Positions 28,023 to 42,592 of a DNA stretch of 64,000 nucleotides are shown piece by piece. A model generated the notes under the pieces. The model was not told the DNA's origin. It saw nothing but the letters and a program-made list of their open reading frames with translations, and made no database searches. The DNA lies in contig OX597820.1 of assembly GCA_951406725.2 (NCBI GenBank), positions 112,716,001 through 112,780,000 on the forward strand, given 5' to 3'. Positions within the stretch are counted from its first letter, which is position 1; each line of letters opens with the position of its first letter. The position numbers and the translations under genes were made by a program. The DNA comes from Octopus vulgaris. Its lineage: Eukaryota.

Positions 28023-28262
28023 TGGTATACTTATTTATTAATTTTTGTATATATGTATTATTATTTTTTTTAAAAAGACATTGTAAATTTCTTCCGCAAT
28101 TTAAAAAAAATTTCTTTTCCCCTTCCAAATCTTGAAAATTTGCCTTGCGATGAAAACCAGTTTGATGTTTTATTATTTTTTCTTTTTTTAATTTTCCATA
28201 CATCCATTTTTATCAAAATTTACTTTCAATTTAGCATTCTGCCTTATTATGATTTTTCCTCT

Positions 28263-28320
<58 letters not shown>

Positions 28321-29869
28321 TTGCTTCTTTCAGTTTCTGTCGTACAAATCCACTCACAAGGCTTTGGTCAGCCCAAGGCCATAGTAGAAGATACTTGCCA
28401 AAGGTGCTATGCAGTGGGACTGAACCTGGAACCATGTGGTTGGGAAGCAAACTTCTGTCCTTATATACTAGAATCGGAAACCATTATTAAGTGGGTGTTT
28501 GAAGCATAATTTAACAGGAAATTTTGATGAAAGAGCTTAATTTAGAATGATTTAAAACAGGAATGTTTTATCACAGAATCAGGAACAGTCTTGGGTGGAT
28601 TGGTATCAAAAAGGTTAATGGTAGTAAAAATGGGGCGGGGACAAGAAATATCCATGAGAACTGTCATCTTAAAAGACATTTTCATGCAATATGTATCATC
28701 CACCCACATAGTATACCACTACAATATTGGAGAGTGAATCTGATGATCAGCAGCTATCTGTCTACATTCTCAAACACATGCATATACACATAGAAACATA
28801 CATATATATACACTAACACACACATACAGAAACATATACGCACACAAATACACACACACATATATATGCGAACACACACATACAGAAACATATACACACA
28901 TGCACTGCACAAGCATACACAAAAATGCATGTACATGCACACAAACAATACAAATATATGCATACAAACAGACACAGTTATGTCCACATAGACACAGGCA
29001 CAAACATATGCACACACACATGCAAAAACACACACACATAAGCATGTATGCTACTCAACGTATTCTCTTTGGGAAGAGCTAAATAAAGAATATTTTACTA
29101 TCCTTTGAGAGAGTCAGACAATAAACACACACACACACACACACACACACATCCACATCTTAATAATATACATTAGTCATTAGTCACAATATATATAACT
29201 ACTGATTGATTATCAAATTATATCATAAAGTTTTGGGGAGGGAATCGTCAGCCTGTAAAGTACATTTGGCCCTACACTGCTATGGTATTACTATTACTAT
29301 CTACAGATCTATGTCTAGAACAGAGCAAAGTACTGCTGTCTATATTACTACATTAGCTGAAATATCTGATAACGTTTAACCTTAAAAATAGCCATCCTAC
29401 AGAAAACAAATAAAATTAAATAAAAATAAAGTAAAAAATGAAAAGCCCTCTAAATACAAAAATATCCACAGAATTAATTTAGAAGAGGATGCAGGAACAG
29501 TAGAATGGCTGATTAAATGTTTTGATAACAACCCAACTTGAGATTGCCCTTTAATTCTACGATACACATCTTGTGATAGAAATATCTAAATTAAAACCTA
29601 CCATCAAAATTTTCATGCTAATTTAAGTTCTAAACACCAGCTTAATTATAACAAACGTATTAGTCTCTTAGTTTTATGATACAAACTTCCTGTTTTAAAG
29701 TGATCTACATTAGAACTTCCCTTCAAAATTTCATGCTAATTTATGTTCCAAATACCGGATTAATAAGGACAATGTTATTTTACGAAAATTTTATTATTTT
29801 TATTTTCAAAATTAATTAAGACAGATTCATATTTTTGTATATTTATGTGCCCTTGTAGCTAATAAAGAA

Positions 29870-29902
<33 letters not shown>

Positions 29903-30323
29903 GAGTGAGAGAGCAGTGCATACCATGAAAGTGACATGGGTAAAATATACGAAGCCCAGTATACCCATCATGACTACCCATCTGATAAGGGTACACCAGG
30001 CACATGCATCACAACCATATGTGCATGACATGGTGATCTCTATCAAGATAAACAGTGCATGACCTTGCAGGTGGGGCCCAGTTAGAAATTTCTTCAAAAC
30101 AAGTAGCCCATCTTGCTCAAAAGGTCCCTGAATTAGGGTTGTTTAAGGATGTTGAAGGAAACACCTATGGTTCCAAAGGTGAATTATCCAAACCCTGAAG
30201 AATTCCTTTCAACACAAGGTTATGATGCTCCCCCACTACTTCTGCTCCTGATCAGAGATTCATATATCGTCAGCTACCAATGGACATGCTCAACTGGTGA
30301 AGGTAAAAAAACTGACAAGCAAA
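29903..30323 (-). mobile_element. 5'-truncated copy of an (AAT)n-tailed non-coding retroelement (same family as 59937-60492)
   Basis: Reverse complement of about 60068-60492, ending in CTCTCTCACTC(AAT)n. The other side abuts (GAA)n. Confidence 0.9.
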
Positions 30324-30403
30324 GAAGAAGAAGAAGAAGAAGAAGAAGAAGAAGAAGAAGAAGAAGAAGAAGAAGAAGAAGAAGAAGAAGAAGAAGAAGA
30401 AGA
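30323..30403. repeat. (GAA)n microsatellite
   Basis: Directly visible. Confidence 0.98.
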
Positions 30404-30921
30404 CAGTGAGCAGGCAAAATGATTAGTGGAATTTCTTTTGGCTTTTTACATTCCGAGTTCAAATCAATGTCATTTTACAAGATTTGTCATTATTTTCAGA
30501 ATTAAATGAAGCAAATACAATGTATTTCAACAGAAATATAGCAAAAAAAAAAAACGGTCAAGAGCTTGCTGTATTTATTTTTCTAGAGTTAACTTTTGGC
30601 ATTCCATCCAGCTATCTATATTCTGAGTTTAAACAATGCCAAGGTCCAACTTTACCTTTCATCCTTTTTGGGGTTCATAAATATGTACTGTCATGTATTG
30701 GAGTCAATGCTTTTCTCTCTCACTCTCACTTTTTTTTAGTCTTTCTCTTTCTCGCTTTCTCTTTCTAGAAGAAATTAGTGGTGGTCAAATTTGGAGAAGG
30801 ACATCTTGGCTGGACCCATGTCTACTAGTGACTTTTGTGTCGCAGTATGAGGAATCAAAGCAGACTTAAGGAAAGTTTACCTGTAGTCAGAGTATGTCAA
30901 ATTGGACTTGCAAGTCCTAAT

Positions 30922-31090
30922 CCGAGCCATCTGCAGGCATGGGCACACTGGGCAGTTGCCTGGGGACTTCATAGGTTTAGAGGCCTAATTCTGATTTATG
31001 TATGATATGGCCTATTGTCAATAAATAAATACTATAGAGCCCAGTACATTCACTTTCCCAGGGGCCTGTAATGCTGTTAAGACACACCTG
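30922..31090. mobile_element. hAT-type MITE with 8-bp TSD
   Basis: GTCCTAAT is duplicated at 30914-30921 and 31091-31098. The termini CCGAGCCATCT / AGACACACCTG are degenerate CAG...CTG-type TIRs. Confidence 0.75.
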
Positions 31091-32499
31091 GTCCTAATGA
31101 CCACTAATAATCACAAAGCAATACCAGAACTGTGCTGGGTCGAAGGCATTGAGACAAAGGGCATTAGATTGCTAATGCAGGGTAGAAAGCCTAGTTATTA
31201 TATTTGTTAGAGTAAAATATACCTCAGAGCTGAATGTTCTAAAGAACTGCAAAGACTAATAAGGAAAATGAAAATAATGAAGAGCAACAGTAACAAGAAC
31301 AATAAATCCTAGTTTTCAGTGCACCACAAGCCAAAATTCAGGGTATGGCAAACAAAATATTTTTAGGCATTGTATCACAAATAGATAAGCAAATTTCTCT
31401 TTCCTTGGTAGTATCAAACTTTTACTTTTATTGTGTAATGAGGAGGGATTGATTACAGATGAAAATAAGGTAAGAAAAAAGTCATGGGGAAAAAGTCATG
31501 AAAAAAGAAGACTCAATATAAAACAAGGAGCAATTTTCTTCTAAAAGTAAGGAGGAACAATTTCTTTTAAACAACAACAAAATTCCTTCTTGAGAAAATA
31601 ACAAAGAAAATGCAGAGAATGAAGATGAATTAAGATTTACCACTCTTCAAAAGTCAATCAAACAGTTAATAGACAAAATTATGCATCTTTGGTTCCATAG
31701 ACACTCAGAAGGAATTCAACTGACACAAACATTTAGGTTCAGAATATAAAAAAGACAAATTGCTAGTAAAATTAAAATTAAGACTATACCAAACTTAAGA
31801 ACGAATACCCACATAATATGGGTGTCTTTCAGTACCAAATATCTCAAAAAGAAGAAAAGAATTTGCTTACTTATGCATTTGCTTGCTCTCGAATACAATT
31901 TGAGAAATGGTTAAATGATACACCAAACTGGAACAAACCAGAAAACTTTTCATGTTTTATAACCTTCACTTATATTTTCTTTTCATTATTGTATACTTTA
32001 TTTTACTTAGTTATTTCTGCACAAATATGAATGTGTGTATGCATACATATCTGCAAATGTATGCATATATGTGTGTGCAAGTATGTATGTATGTATGTAT
32101 GTATGTATGTATGTATGTATGTATGTATGTATGTATGTATGTATGTATGTATGTATGTATGTGTGTGTGTATGTATGTATGTATGTATGTATTTGTAGAA
32201 GTACATGCACTGTTAAAATTCTCAAAGCATCTTTCAATACAACATATAATGTCTGTCACTGTCTTCTATCACCAACACTCCACATTGTCTCATTTTCGTT
32301 TGTTCTTTGGTAATCTCTATTGAAAATTTCATATTTTTTGTATATCTATTATTCCTTTGTAGCTAATGAAAAAATTATTATTATTATTATTATTATTTAT
32401 TATTATTATTATTATTATTACTCTGCATGCATAAGCAAAAGCAGGGTATTGTAATCACTTGCCTTTGTCTATCTATCTATCTCTTTTCTCTTTTTCTCT

Positions 32500-32865
32500 T
32501 TTTACTTGTTTCAGTCATTTTGACAGTGGCCATGCTGGAGTACCGCCTTTAATCGAGCAACTTGACCACGGGACTTATTCTTTGTAAACTCAGTACTTAT
32601 TCTATCGGTCTCTTTTGCCGAACCGCTAAGTGACGGGGACGTAAACACACCAGCGTCCGTTGTCAAGCAATGCTCAGGGGGACAAACACAGACACACAAA
32701 CATACACGCACATACATATATATATATACATATATACGACAGGCTTCTTTCAGTTTCCGTATACCAAATTCACTCACAAGGCTTTGGTCGGCCTGAGGCT
32801 ATAGCAGAAGACACTTGCCCAAGGTGCCACGTAGTGGGACTGAACCCAGAACCATATGGTTGGTA
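32500..32865 (-). mobile_element. Near full-length tRNA-derived SINE
   Basis: Minus strand: ...GGGTTCAGTCCCACTACGTGGCACCTTGGGCAAGTGTC...AAATGACTGAAACAAGTAAAAAGAG. CpGs are retained. Decayed relatives lie at about 27180, 28320, 33545-33985 and 36220-36535. Confidence 0.92.
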
Positions 32866-33029
32866 AATCTATCTGTGTATTTGCAAAATTACTGGAAAAC
32901 AACTGAACCAAATTTGGGCAGAAATACTCATTGGTTGAGTGGAACAAAATAATAAAAATTTGGTTTGATTATCTTCAAACATACATAAATACATACATAG
33001 ATATGTGACTGTGTGCATGCACGTGCATA

Positions 33030-33066
<37 letters not shown>

Positions 33067-33329
33067 CGTGATGGATTCGAGAGTTTTGTTTATTTATGAG
33101 TTGATTTCTTAATTTTACTGGAATATAAATACCTCTAATGGTGATACTTAAAAAAAAAAGATTAAAAAATCGGACTTACAGTATAGTCAAACACTTATAA
33201 AGCTTAATTCAGTTAAATTAAGACGCACAGTTAAGTAACGCATTGTAAACCACATTATAATTTGTGAAAATATTTATCTGCATTGCCCCTCTGATGCCTT
33301 TGTTCATTATCATCGTTATTACTATTATT

Positions 33330-33543
33330 ATCATCATCATCATCATCATCGTTTAACGTCCGCTTTCCATGCTGGCATGGGTTGGACGTATGACTGAGGG
33401 CTGGTAAACCAGATGGCTGCACCAGACTCTAATCAGATCTGGCAGAGTTTCTACAGCTGGATGCCCTTCCTAATGCCACCCACTCCGAGAGTGTAGTGGG
33501 TGCTTTTACGTGCCACCAGCATGGGGCCAGTCAGGTGGCACTT
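33330..33543 (-). mobile_element. RTE-tailed SINE-like element
   Basis: (CAT)n-CGTTTAACGTCCGCTTTCCATGCTGGCATGGG... Confidence 0.9.
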
Positions 33544-34468
33544 TATCTTTTATTTGTTTCTATCATTGGACTGTGGCCATGTTGGGGCACTGCCTAAAAG
33601 TGTTTGGTTGAATGAATCAACCCCAGTGCCTATTTATTTTTTAAGCTTGGTACTTATTCTATAAAACTCTTCTTGCTGGACCACTAAGTTACAGGGATGT
33701 AAACAAACCAGCACTGGTTGTCAAGCAAAGGTGGGGAACAAACACAAAGACACACATACATACATACATGCATGCATATATACATACATACATACATACA
33801 TATTTGTGCATGCATACATACATACATACATACATACACACACACACATACACACATATACAATGGGTTTCTTTCAGTTTCTATTAACTAAATCCACTCA
33901 CAAGGCTTGTCTAAAGTGCTATTCAGTGGGATTGAACCTGGAGCCATGTGGTTGGGAAGCAAACTTTTTATCACATAGCCATACTAGCACCTCTTTGTAT
34001 ATGCAAGTAGATAAGAGGTAAAGAGGTCATCTTTAGAGTTAAAGTGCTCAGTCGACATTTCTGTGGGAAGTATGGCTATGCTGGGACTGTATATTATTGA
34101 TTATTGGACCATTAAATGGTAGAGACCTGTACAAAACCATATTAACGATTAGTTTGTCTTCTTACCACCACCACCACCACCACCACCCTGACACACACGT
34201 CATAACTATATCCACAACCTTTATACGTACAGGCTTACATATAGGCATGCACACATACATACACCTATATGTAAATATGTGTCATATATACACAAACATA
34301 ACTCTTTCTTTTTATGTCAACATTAATGAGAAGGATTACTAAGTACTTTTATACTTTTTAGTAGAGTACATGTTAACTTTTAAAAGGTAAAGGTTGACAA
34401 TCAACCTTATTCTTGGAAAATTTTATATATATATATATATCCAAAAATTAGTGAATGGAATAGATAAA

Positions 34469-34564
34469 ATCCAGACTACATATGTTTCGTAGCTAGCAGA
34501 ACCTCAGAAGTAGTCAATTATCCAAGTGAGGAGCAGACTTCTAGCTACTCTTCAGGTCAAGGAT
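34469..34564 (-). ncRNA. Type-I hammerhead ribozyme (Penelope-type, palindromic stem III)
   Basis: Minus strand: ATCC-tt-GAC | CTGAAGA | GTAGCTAG..44 nt..CTAGCTAC | GAAA | CATATG | TA | GTC-t-GGAT. All core nucleotides are canonical, stem II has 8 bp, stem I has 3+4 bp, and the cleavage triplet is GUA. Confidence 0.85.
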
Positions 34565-36989
34565 ACTTTGTTTATGAAGAGTTTGCATTGTTGTTAGGAG
34601 ATCCTGTGTTAATTCATTAGGGATTCGATCAAGATTAACTTTTTTCATCTTCTCATACTTTGCTAGGGGAAATGGAAAACTGGACAAGTAACACAAAGAA
34701 CAACCCTTCATCAGTTGTTGGCTGTCTATCAACTCTTCATTTCGAGCATTAAACAACAATATGAGTTTTCAAAGACAGTCGCTCCCATAAGTACCAAAAT
34801 TAAATTTTGGATTTGTGAAGGGTCATAGTTGGGAACAAAAACACGACAGTGGAGATATACAAGGAAACCGAACGAAAACAAACATGGAGCTTCATTAGAC
34901 CAGAACAAGGGTAGAATAGCAAATGCTGGAGAAATATTGTCTTTGAAAAGAGAAAAGATAGAAGAGAGATAGAATATGTCCAGTCCTTAGGACAGTCCTG
35001 AAGAAAAGACAGATGATCACATTAGGAAAAGAAAGATGGACGATGGTCACATGTGACCAATGAGAGAGAGAAAAGAGAAAGAGGGAGAGAGAGAGAGAGA
35101 CAGAAAACGGGGCAGGGGAGAAAAAGAGAATTGGAGAAAAGGATGGGGGAGAAAAGAGTATAGAGTCACATTAAATATATATACACATATATACACACAC
35201 ACATATATATATATGCACATATATATACTCACATATATATGCACACACATTCACATTCACACACACAAACCACTGTGTATATACTTAAACATACGCACAC
35301 ACATACATACATATATACTCAAGGCTAGGACAGATTTTAACACTAGAGCAACATTGTGTGAGTTATGGAAATTATAATGAATAACGATGCCTTGTTTCCT
35401 GCTCTTCTTGCTAAAATGGCTGCAATATGCAAAGAGACAACTTCTAAGAATGAGGCAGAAAACATCCAGGACAAGAAAATGAGAAGCCAAGCTGACTTTG
35501 AGGTTGATACTTGGTATTAATCATCTGGATTATTATTGATGCCTATCGTGTGTGGCCTACGAAGAGTTTCAAGCAATTGGAAGTAACAACTTTTGTGCTA
35601 CTGGACAAGATTGAAAGGTTTAACTTTTTCAATACCTACCTGTTAAGGACCACCTCTGGCTCCCTAATACAAACCATCCATCAAAATTTCAGGTTAATTT
35701 AATTTCCAAACTCCAAATTAATAATGACAAACTTATTTTCGGAATTAACTGAACACAAGTATGCACAAGTATGCTGTGTGCTAAGAAGTTTGTTTTGCAA
35801 TCACATGACTCTGGGTTCAATCCCACTGAACTTCTTTTTCTTGAACTTCTTTGGTTTATGCAGAAATTTGATCCTGTTGCACTCATTTGTGTCAATTCAG
35901 TGTGATTTATAGTCATTTGGGAATGTTACACACAAGATATTTTTCCGAAGTCTAATTTTCTTTTTTTTTTGTGGTGTCATCAGCTCTATTTAGATCCCTG
36001 ATGGTTGTGCAGAGAATACTCATTAACCACAAACATTTGACTTTACACCATAATTCATCCTAAATCACAATGGAAATGATAGGATTTCAGACACCCTGAT
36101 TGCAATGGTTAATGATTTGCATCACTTTTTTGGCATCTGGTACACATATAAATTACACCCTGGAAGGAAGTTCATAACCATTTTATTACCATATTTCTGT
36201 TGAAAAACACTACCTATCTTTTACTTTTTTCACTCATTGAACGGTGACCATGCTGGGGCACCATCTTGAAGTGTTTTTACTCAAACAAATCAATCTCAGT
36301 ACTTTTTTTTTAATCCTGGTACTTACTCTATTGGTCTCTTATGCTGAACTGCTAAGCTTTAAGGCTGTAAACAAACCAAGAAGCAGTGGTGACCAGTGGC
36401 GGTGGTGGACACACACACATACAAAGACTACTTTCCGTTTCCATCTACCAAATCCACTCATAAGATGCAGTGGGACTGGATCCAGAACCATGTGGTTGGT
36501 AAGCAAACTTCTTAATGATTCGGCAATGCCTGCACTTATATGTATATGTACAAGTCTTAAATTATAATGAAGCTTAACAAAAGTGATTATCTATCTCTAA
36601 ACATAAAAACCATCTCTTCAGTCTCTCAAGATTCAGCCATGGGCACCACCCAGTTCTCTAACCATTCTTGGGGAAATCCCTGTAAGACTCATGGATCGAC
36701 TGACCCTGCCCTACTCTACTTCTCAGAAAATAAGCATAATGAAAAATAAAAACACAAAACATTTGCAATAATGGCAACACTCCAGTAAGGTTAGACGCAT
36801 CTGGTTTATTTAAACTAAAGGAACTAAACAACCTGAAATGTAAACATTTGATAAAATGTGGCTTATGGAAATTCTGTGATGCTTAGATGAAGATGAAATT
36901 TTTATCTAAAGCTATATCTAAAAATGCAAACATCTACATAAAACCCTCCTAAATCGTGATGAGCAGAGATTAAAAAGATGTTGCAAAGG

Positions 36990-37025
<36 letters not shown>

Positions 37026-37287
37026 CATACATACATACATATATATATATATATACATATATATGTATATATATATATACATATATACATATGTATATAT
37101 ATATACATATATATAATCTAATTTTTGATGTGCATTTGAGTGTGAACTGAACTTAATTTCCAAAGTCATATTTCGCCAAAATATTTCTGTTTTGCTATTG
37201 CATTAAGGCCACTGATTCACTCATCCATTCTGATTATGTCTTAACTATTGGATTGGCTGCTATCCCAAATTCAGATATGAAGTAACG

Positions 37288-37715
37288 GGGCACAGGCATG
37301 GCTATGAGGTTAAGAGGTTCATTTCTCAGTGACATGGTTTCAAGTTCAGTCTCACTGCATGGCATCTTGGGTAAGTATTTTTTTACTATAGCCCCTGGAA
37401 CAAGCAAAGTCTTGTGAGAGGACTTAGTAGATAAAAACTGAAAGGCCATCACACACACACATTATGTTTGTGCCACTTTGTCTTGTCTTAACATTGTGTG
37501 ATAATTGTAAATGAGTGTCACTGTCATACAAGCAGTGTCATTTCTTTCCAATATCCTGCAAAACACATCTATGGCTATGGGGAAATATCTGATTTGGAAA
37601 CAAATTGGGGTTGACATCAAGATGGGCATCTAGGTGTAGAAAATCTGTCTCAGTAAATTCTTTTCCTCCCATGGAAGCATTGAAAAGTAGACGTTAACAT
37701 AATGATGATGATAAT
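37288..37715 (+). mobile_element. tRNA-derived SINE with RTE tail
   Basis: GGCACAGGCATGGCTATGAGGTTAAG head and tail CCCATGGAAGCATTGAAAAGTAGACGTTAACATAATGATGATG. Confidence 0.85.
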
Positions 37716-37734
37716 GAAAACAAGGATCTTTGTC

Positions 37735-38105
37735 TTTTATTTTTTACTTGTTTCAGTCATTAGGTTGTGGTCATGCTGGGGCACCACCTTGAAAATATTT
37801 TAGCTGAATGTATCGACCCCAGTACTGTTATTTATTCTATTGGTCTCTTTTGCCAAAATGCTACGATATGGAGATGTAAACTCACTGGTAGTCAGTTGTC
37901 AAGTGGTGCTGGTGATGGGGGACAAACACATATACAAAGACACACACATATAGATATACGGGCTTCTTTCAGTTTCCATCAAACAAATCCATTCACAAGG
38001 TTTTGGTCAGCCCACGGTTATAGTAGAAGATACTTGCCTAAGGTGCTATGCAGTGGGACTGAACCCTGAACCAGGTGGTTGGGAAGTAAGTTTCTCACCA
38101 CACAC
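37735..38105 (-). mobile_element. tRNA-derived SINE, inverted relative to the 37288 copy
   Basis: Family of 32500-32865. It is followed by an RTE-tailed element at about 38120-38362 (+). Confidence 0.85.
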
Positions 38106-38879
38106 ATGAAAAGCTTCTCTCATGTGTTTGGCCCCATGGAGGCAATGACTGAGAACTTATGGCATTATGTTGTGCTTGAGAAGAAGACCCATCAAGCCAA
38201 GTAAAATTGCAGTTGTGGCAGACACTGTTGTGTCATGCAAATGGCACACATTACACTCTTGGAGTGGTCGGCATTAGGAAGGGCATCCAGCCCTGGTCAA
38301 ACCATCCAACTCATGTCAGCATGGACAATGGGCATTAAATGATGATGATGATGATGATGATGAGAACCATACCTGCATCTATGATGAAATACATTTCTAT
38401 ATGGCTACTTTCTTTGTTATATATCTTTTCTTTGAACTTATTCCAGCAACTCTTCATAATCTTTCATTCATACATATAATGCCTATGAGCATCACTTGAT
38501 CTGTTTTCCACTTCTCCTCATCCTCACTTTTATATCCACTTTACCATGCTAGCTCTGCATGTTTGAAGACAAGTGGAATGGAAAAAATAAACCTTCACTT
38601 GAAAAGTAGTTAAGGATTAGCATCAGGAAGGACATCATCAACATCGTCTTTTTAACTTCCACTTTTCTATGCTTGCATGGGTTAGGTGGAATTTGTTAAG
38701 GTTGATTTTCTATGGCTGGATGCCTTCCCTGTAGCAAAACCCTCAGCTGTTTCCAAGCAAAGTAATGTTACTTCATAGGTGGACATATTTCTTTGGAAGA
38801 TTGTAAATAAATGATACCTGCTTAGTGTGATGTCAAAATAAGGAAACACAAACAGATGTACATATATACATATACATAC

Positions 38880-38939
<60 letters not shown>

Positions 38940-38940
<1 letters not shown>

Positions 38941-39370
38941 AAATGGGACAAGAAAGCAAAACATCTAGACAGTTAGGTGATATAAGAAAGGGACAACAAA
39001 ACATCCAGATAGATGATACAAAGAAAACAAGGACGGGTCATATGAAGTTTTCTTTCCTCAGTTGAGTTCCAGATTATCTTTGCAATTTCAGCTGGTTATA
39101 CTCGAGATTGCTTCAATCTGGCCAGCTCCAAGGAAAAACTAAGCTAAGAACATTAGATTCCTTGGAAGAAAGCAGAGAATGTATACGAAAACAAGGATGG
39201 AAAAAAACAGAGAAAGATACACAAATAAAAATAACAGGACATAACAACAGGTGTCTTTCGACTAAGGACAAATTAAATTAAGTGTGGAAGTAAAGCCTTA
39301 TGGCAGGGATACAAGATTTCACTGGTACAGGGAAGAATATAGATGTTGCACGGACAACAGCCAAACCAAG
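38940..39370. mobile_element. (TA)n-flanked ~430-bp interspersed element (possibly Penelope-derived)
   Basis: A-rich unique-looking insert with a short internal duplication (CAAAACATCYAGAYAG) between two (TA)n runs, the same context as 7322, 22310 and 46909. Confidence 0.45.
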
Positions 39371-40226
39371 AATATATATATATATATATATGTATGCATA
39401 TTTTTAGTTCATTATGCCATCTGGCGAGTGTCTGTTATAAAACAATGTTTGGTGTGTTCTCAGCACATGAAACTAATAGTAGCACATAAAAACATATATT
39501 GTGTCTATTAAATAATATCTCTCACAAGATGGTCAACTTTTTGTGTTGCATATATATTCCCATCCATGTAGTTTTGGGTTAGTCCCACTGCATGGCCCCT
39601 TGGGTAAGTGCCTTCTTCTATAGCCCTCGACTGATCAAAGCATTGTGAGTGGATTTGGGAGACAAACACTGAAAGATGTCTGTCATGAATATGTGTGTAT
39701 CATTGACTCGACATTACATGGTGGCTGCAAACAACAGTCTTTGTCATACAAGCAAAGCTCTTCCTAACCAGTTTTCCTTGTAAAATATGTCTAGCCAAGG
39801 AGAATTATTACTTTGCTCAGAAACAACTGAGGATTAGTGACAGGAAGATAGAAAATCTAGAAAATCTAACCCAACAAATTCTGTCAGACACATGAAAGCT
39901 TTGAAAGGAGGATGTTAAGTGATGGTAATGATGATGAGGATATCTGAGAGCAGAACAAAACCAGATGTTTAGCTTGTATTTTTATTATAACATCAGAGAT
40001 TATGCAATTTATGTTGTTATAATAAAAAGGACATACTAAATATCCCGTTTCATTCTGTTCTCAGGTGTATACTCTATAGATTATTCAAATGTGTATGATA
40101 CCGGAAGAAAATTTGAGAACAAATTACATTTATTACCTGATTGGGTTTACATAGAGTTCTAAGTATTGGTTAACAGTTATGGCATCACTTTTGAAATATC
40201 AATTCTTCAATGCATGCACACACACA

Positions 40227-40272
<46 letters not shown>

Positions 40273-40872
40273 CTTCTTTCAATTTCAGTCTATCAAATCA
40301 ATTTACAAGGCTTCAGTCTCGTCTTTATATAATAAGAATCGTCATTAACCATCATTATTACTATTACCTTTAGGATTTGGCAGATATAGGAGAGAATCCT
40401 TGATTAGCATTTGTTTTAACTTTTACCCTTCTAAGGTCAATTTTCATGACAAAATCAAGCACTATTCTAAGTACCTTGGTCACACGCAGTCTTCGTTATA
40501 GTTTTTTGATTGGCATAATTATGTGTAAAATTTTATGTACTTTGTTTCATCTGTCGATTTCTTTGTCAATTGTAAATATGTGGAAGTCTTAGATTCTTTC
40601 TGATATATTTATCACATCATTATCAGACATCTGTCTTGGAACTGTTTCTTTCAACAATCTTCACGTCCTAGATTTCACTTTCCCGTGCATGTTTATATTT
40701 GGAAAATTCTTCCAGTTAGTTTAGATATAAACTATTGTCTGCAGAAATATAAATATCTATTACAAGACATTTCTGGTCTTTTTTTTTTTTTTCCATGGAA
40801 TAATGACTCGGCAATTTACCACTATTTTGTAGACAAATTCCTCATTTTATTTTTTATTTTCATTGTCAACTC

Positions 40873-40874
40873 AT

Positions 40875-40950
<76 letters not shown>

Positions 40951-40983
40951 ACCGCTACCGCTACTGCTGCTGCTGCTGCAGCA
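40873..40983. repeat. (TAC)n-(TGC)n compound trinucleotide repeat
   Basis: Directly visible. Confidence 0.97.
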
Positions 40984-41936
40984 AACTGGCAGAAGTGATA
41001 AAGCATCAGAAAAATGCTTTGCAGTATTACTTCTGACTCATTCCATTCTGAGTTCAAATTCCACCGAGGTCAACTTTGCCTTCTATCCTTTCAGGGTCTA
41101 TAAAAGGGGTACCAGTCAAGTAATTGACTATCCTTCTCACCCTAGTTGAAAAACTATATTATTGACTTTTGATATTATGGTAATGGAATCCTAATTAGTA
41201 AAGCCTCGTTAACTCACTTACATGCTACTATCACTAACAACTAATCTTTATTTACTTCTCTTTGATTATTTTATTACTTTTTCTGAACTAGCTGACTACA
41301 TACCATCTATACCATCCAAAAGCAGCCACTTTTGTTGTTTTCTGGATTCCTTTCAGATTCATTCCTCAAAAATGTTGTTCCATGTTCAGTCATTTCTCCT
41401 TAGAATTACTATCTTTTAGAATTTTCTCTTTGGTCACATTTTACTTATAGAACTCAAATACCATCTATATCTCCAATCAAGGTAGCATCACTGCAAGGGT
41501 CAAAGTGCCACCCTACTGTCTAACAAAGGCATTTCTACATGGTTCTTGCTTGATCTGCCACAAATAGCAGCCAAAATCACTCTCTGATCACACCCTATCA
41601 TTAAAAATGGAAAAAAATGTACACATTGGATAATGAGGTCTTAAGTTTCCTATAGATAGCAAAACAGATGCAGATGGGATTTTCACAGCTGGAATGCCTT
41701 TGATCGTATGACAACTCAAAAGGGTTGACTCGGGGCTAATCAGCAAATACAAAAAAAAAGTTATGTTCTGAGTCAAAATTTCACTGAGGTTAATTTTGCC
41801 TTCCATAATCCTGCCGTTGATGAAATAGGTATTCATCAAAGTGTCTGGTTTTATTTAATATGTCCTTTTCTTGTACCTATGTCAGAAATCCTTATTATGG
41901 TAGTAGAATAACAGAAGTAACAGAGAGCTAGGTTAA

Positions 41937-42155
41937 CCCTTTAGTATTTAAACCGGCCGTATCCGGCCAAAATATTTAATCTGTTTTATGTTCAAATTGA
42001 CCAGATCCAGGCACTCACACCTACCCTACAATGTTATTCTACATTAGGTAATTACACCATCAAGATCTTGAAGATATGAGATAATGCATGATTAATTAAA
42101 ATCAATGGGAATCAATAAGCATTATGTTTGATTGAATAATCAGAACACTAAAGGG
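41937..42155. mobile_element. piggyBac-type MITE
   Basis: TTAA|CCCTTTAGTATT...AACACTAAAGGG|TTAA gives a TTAA TSD and 11/12 TIR identity. Related TTAA-CCCTT-type ends occur near 11077, 28617 and 47725. Confidence 0.88.
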
Positions 42156-42548
42156 TTAAAGACCCTCTGTTATGGAGATATGCCCTATGCAAGCATAGAA
42201 AGGTGGACATTACAACAACAATGATGATGTAACTTTCACTTCATTAAAAAAAAAATTGTAATCTTGTAAAAATAATAATAACTGTCATATGAATACATAC
42301 ACATACAACAACATAACATTCAGAAGCTATAAATGTTCAATAAGATTGTCTTAAGAGATATAAACACAGCTCTGTTGTTACAAGAGAGATGTTTTTCTTT
42401 ATAAATTAGAAATTTTTTTGTGATGTAAGATAACTTTCGTTCAGAATTCTCTAATCCTTTTGGAATCTCAGTATTTTTCTTGTGTATTTTTTCTTTACGT
42501 AAATGCTGCACCATTAGAAGTATGAATGCATATCTATCTCTCTGTCTG

Positions 42549-42592
<44 letters not shown>

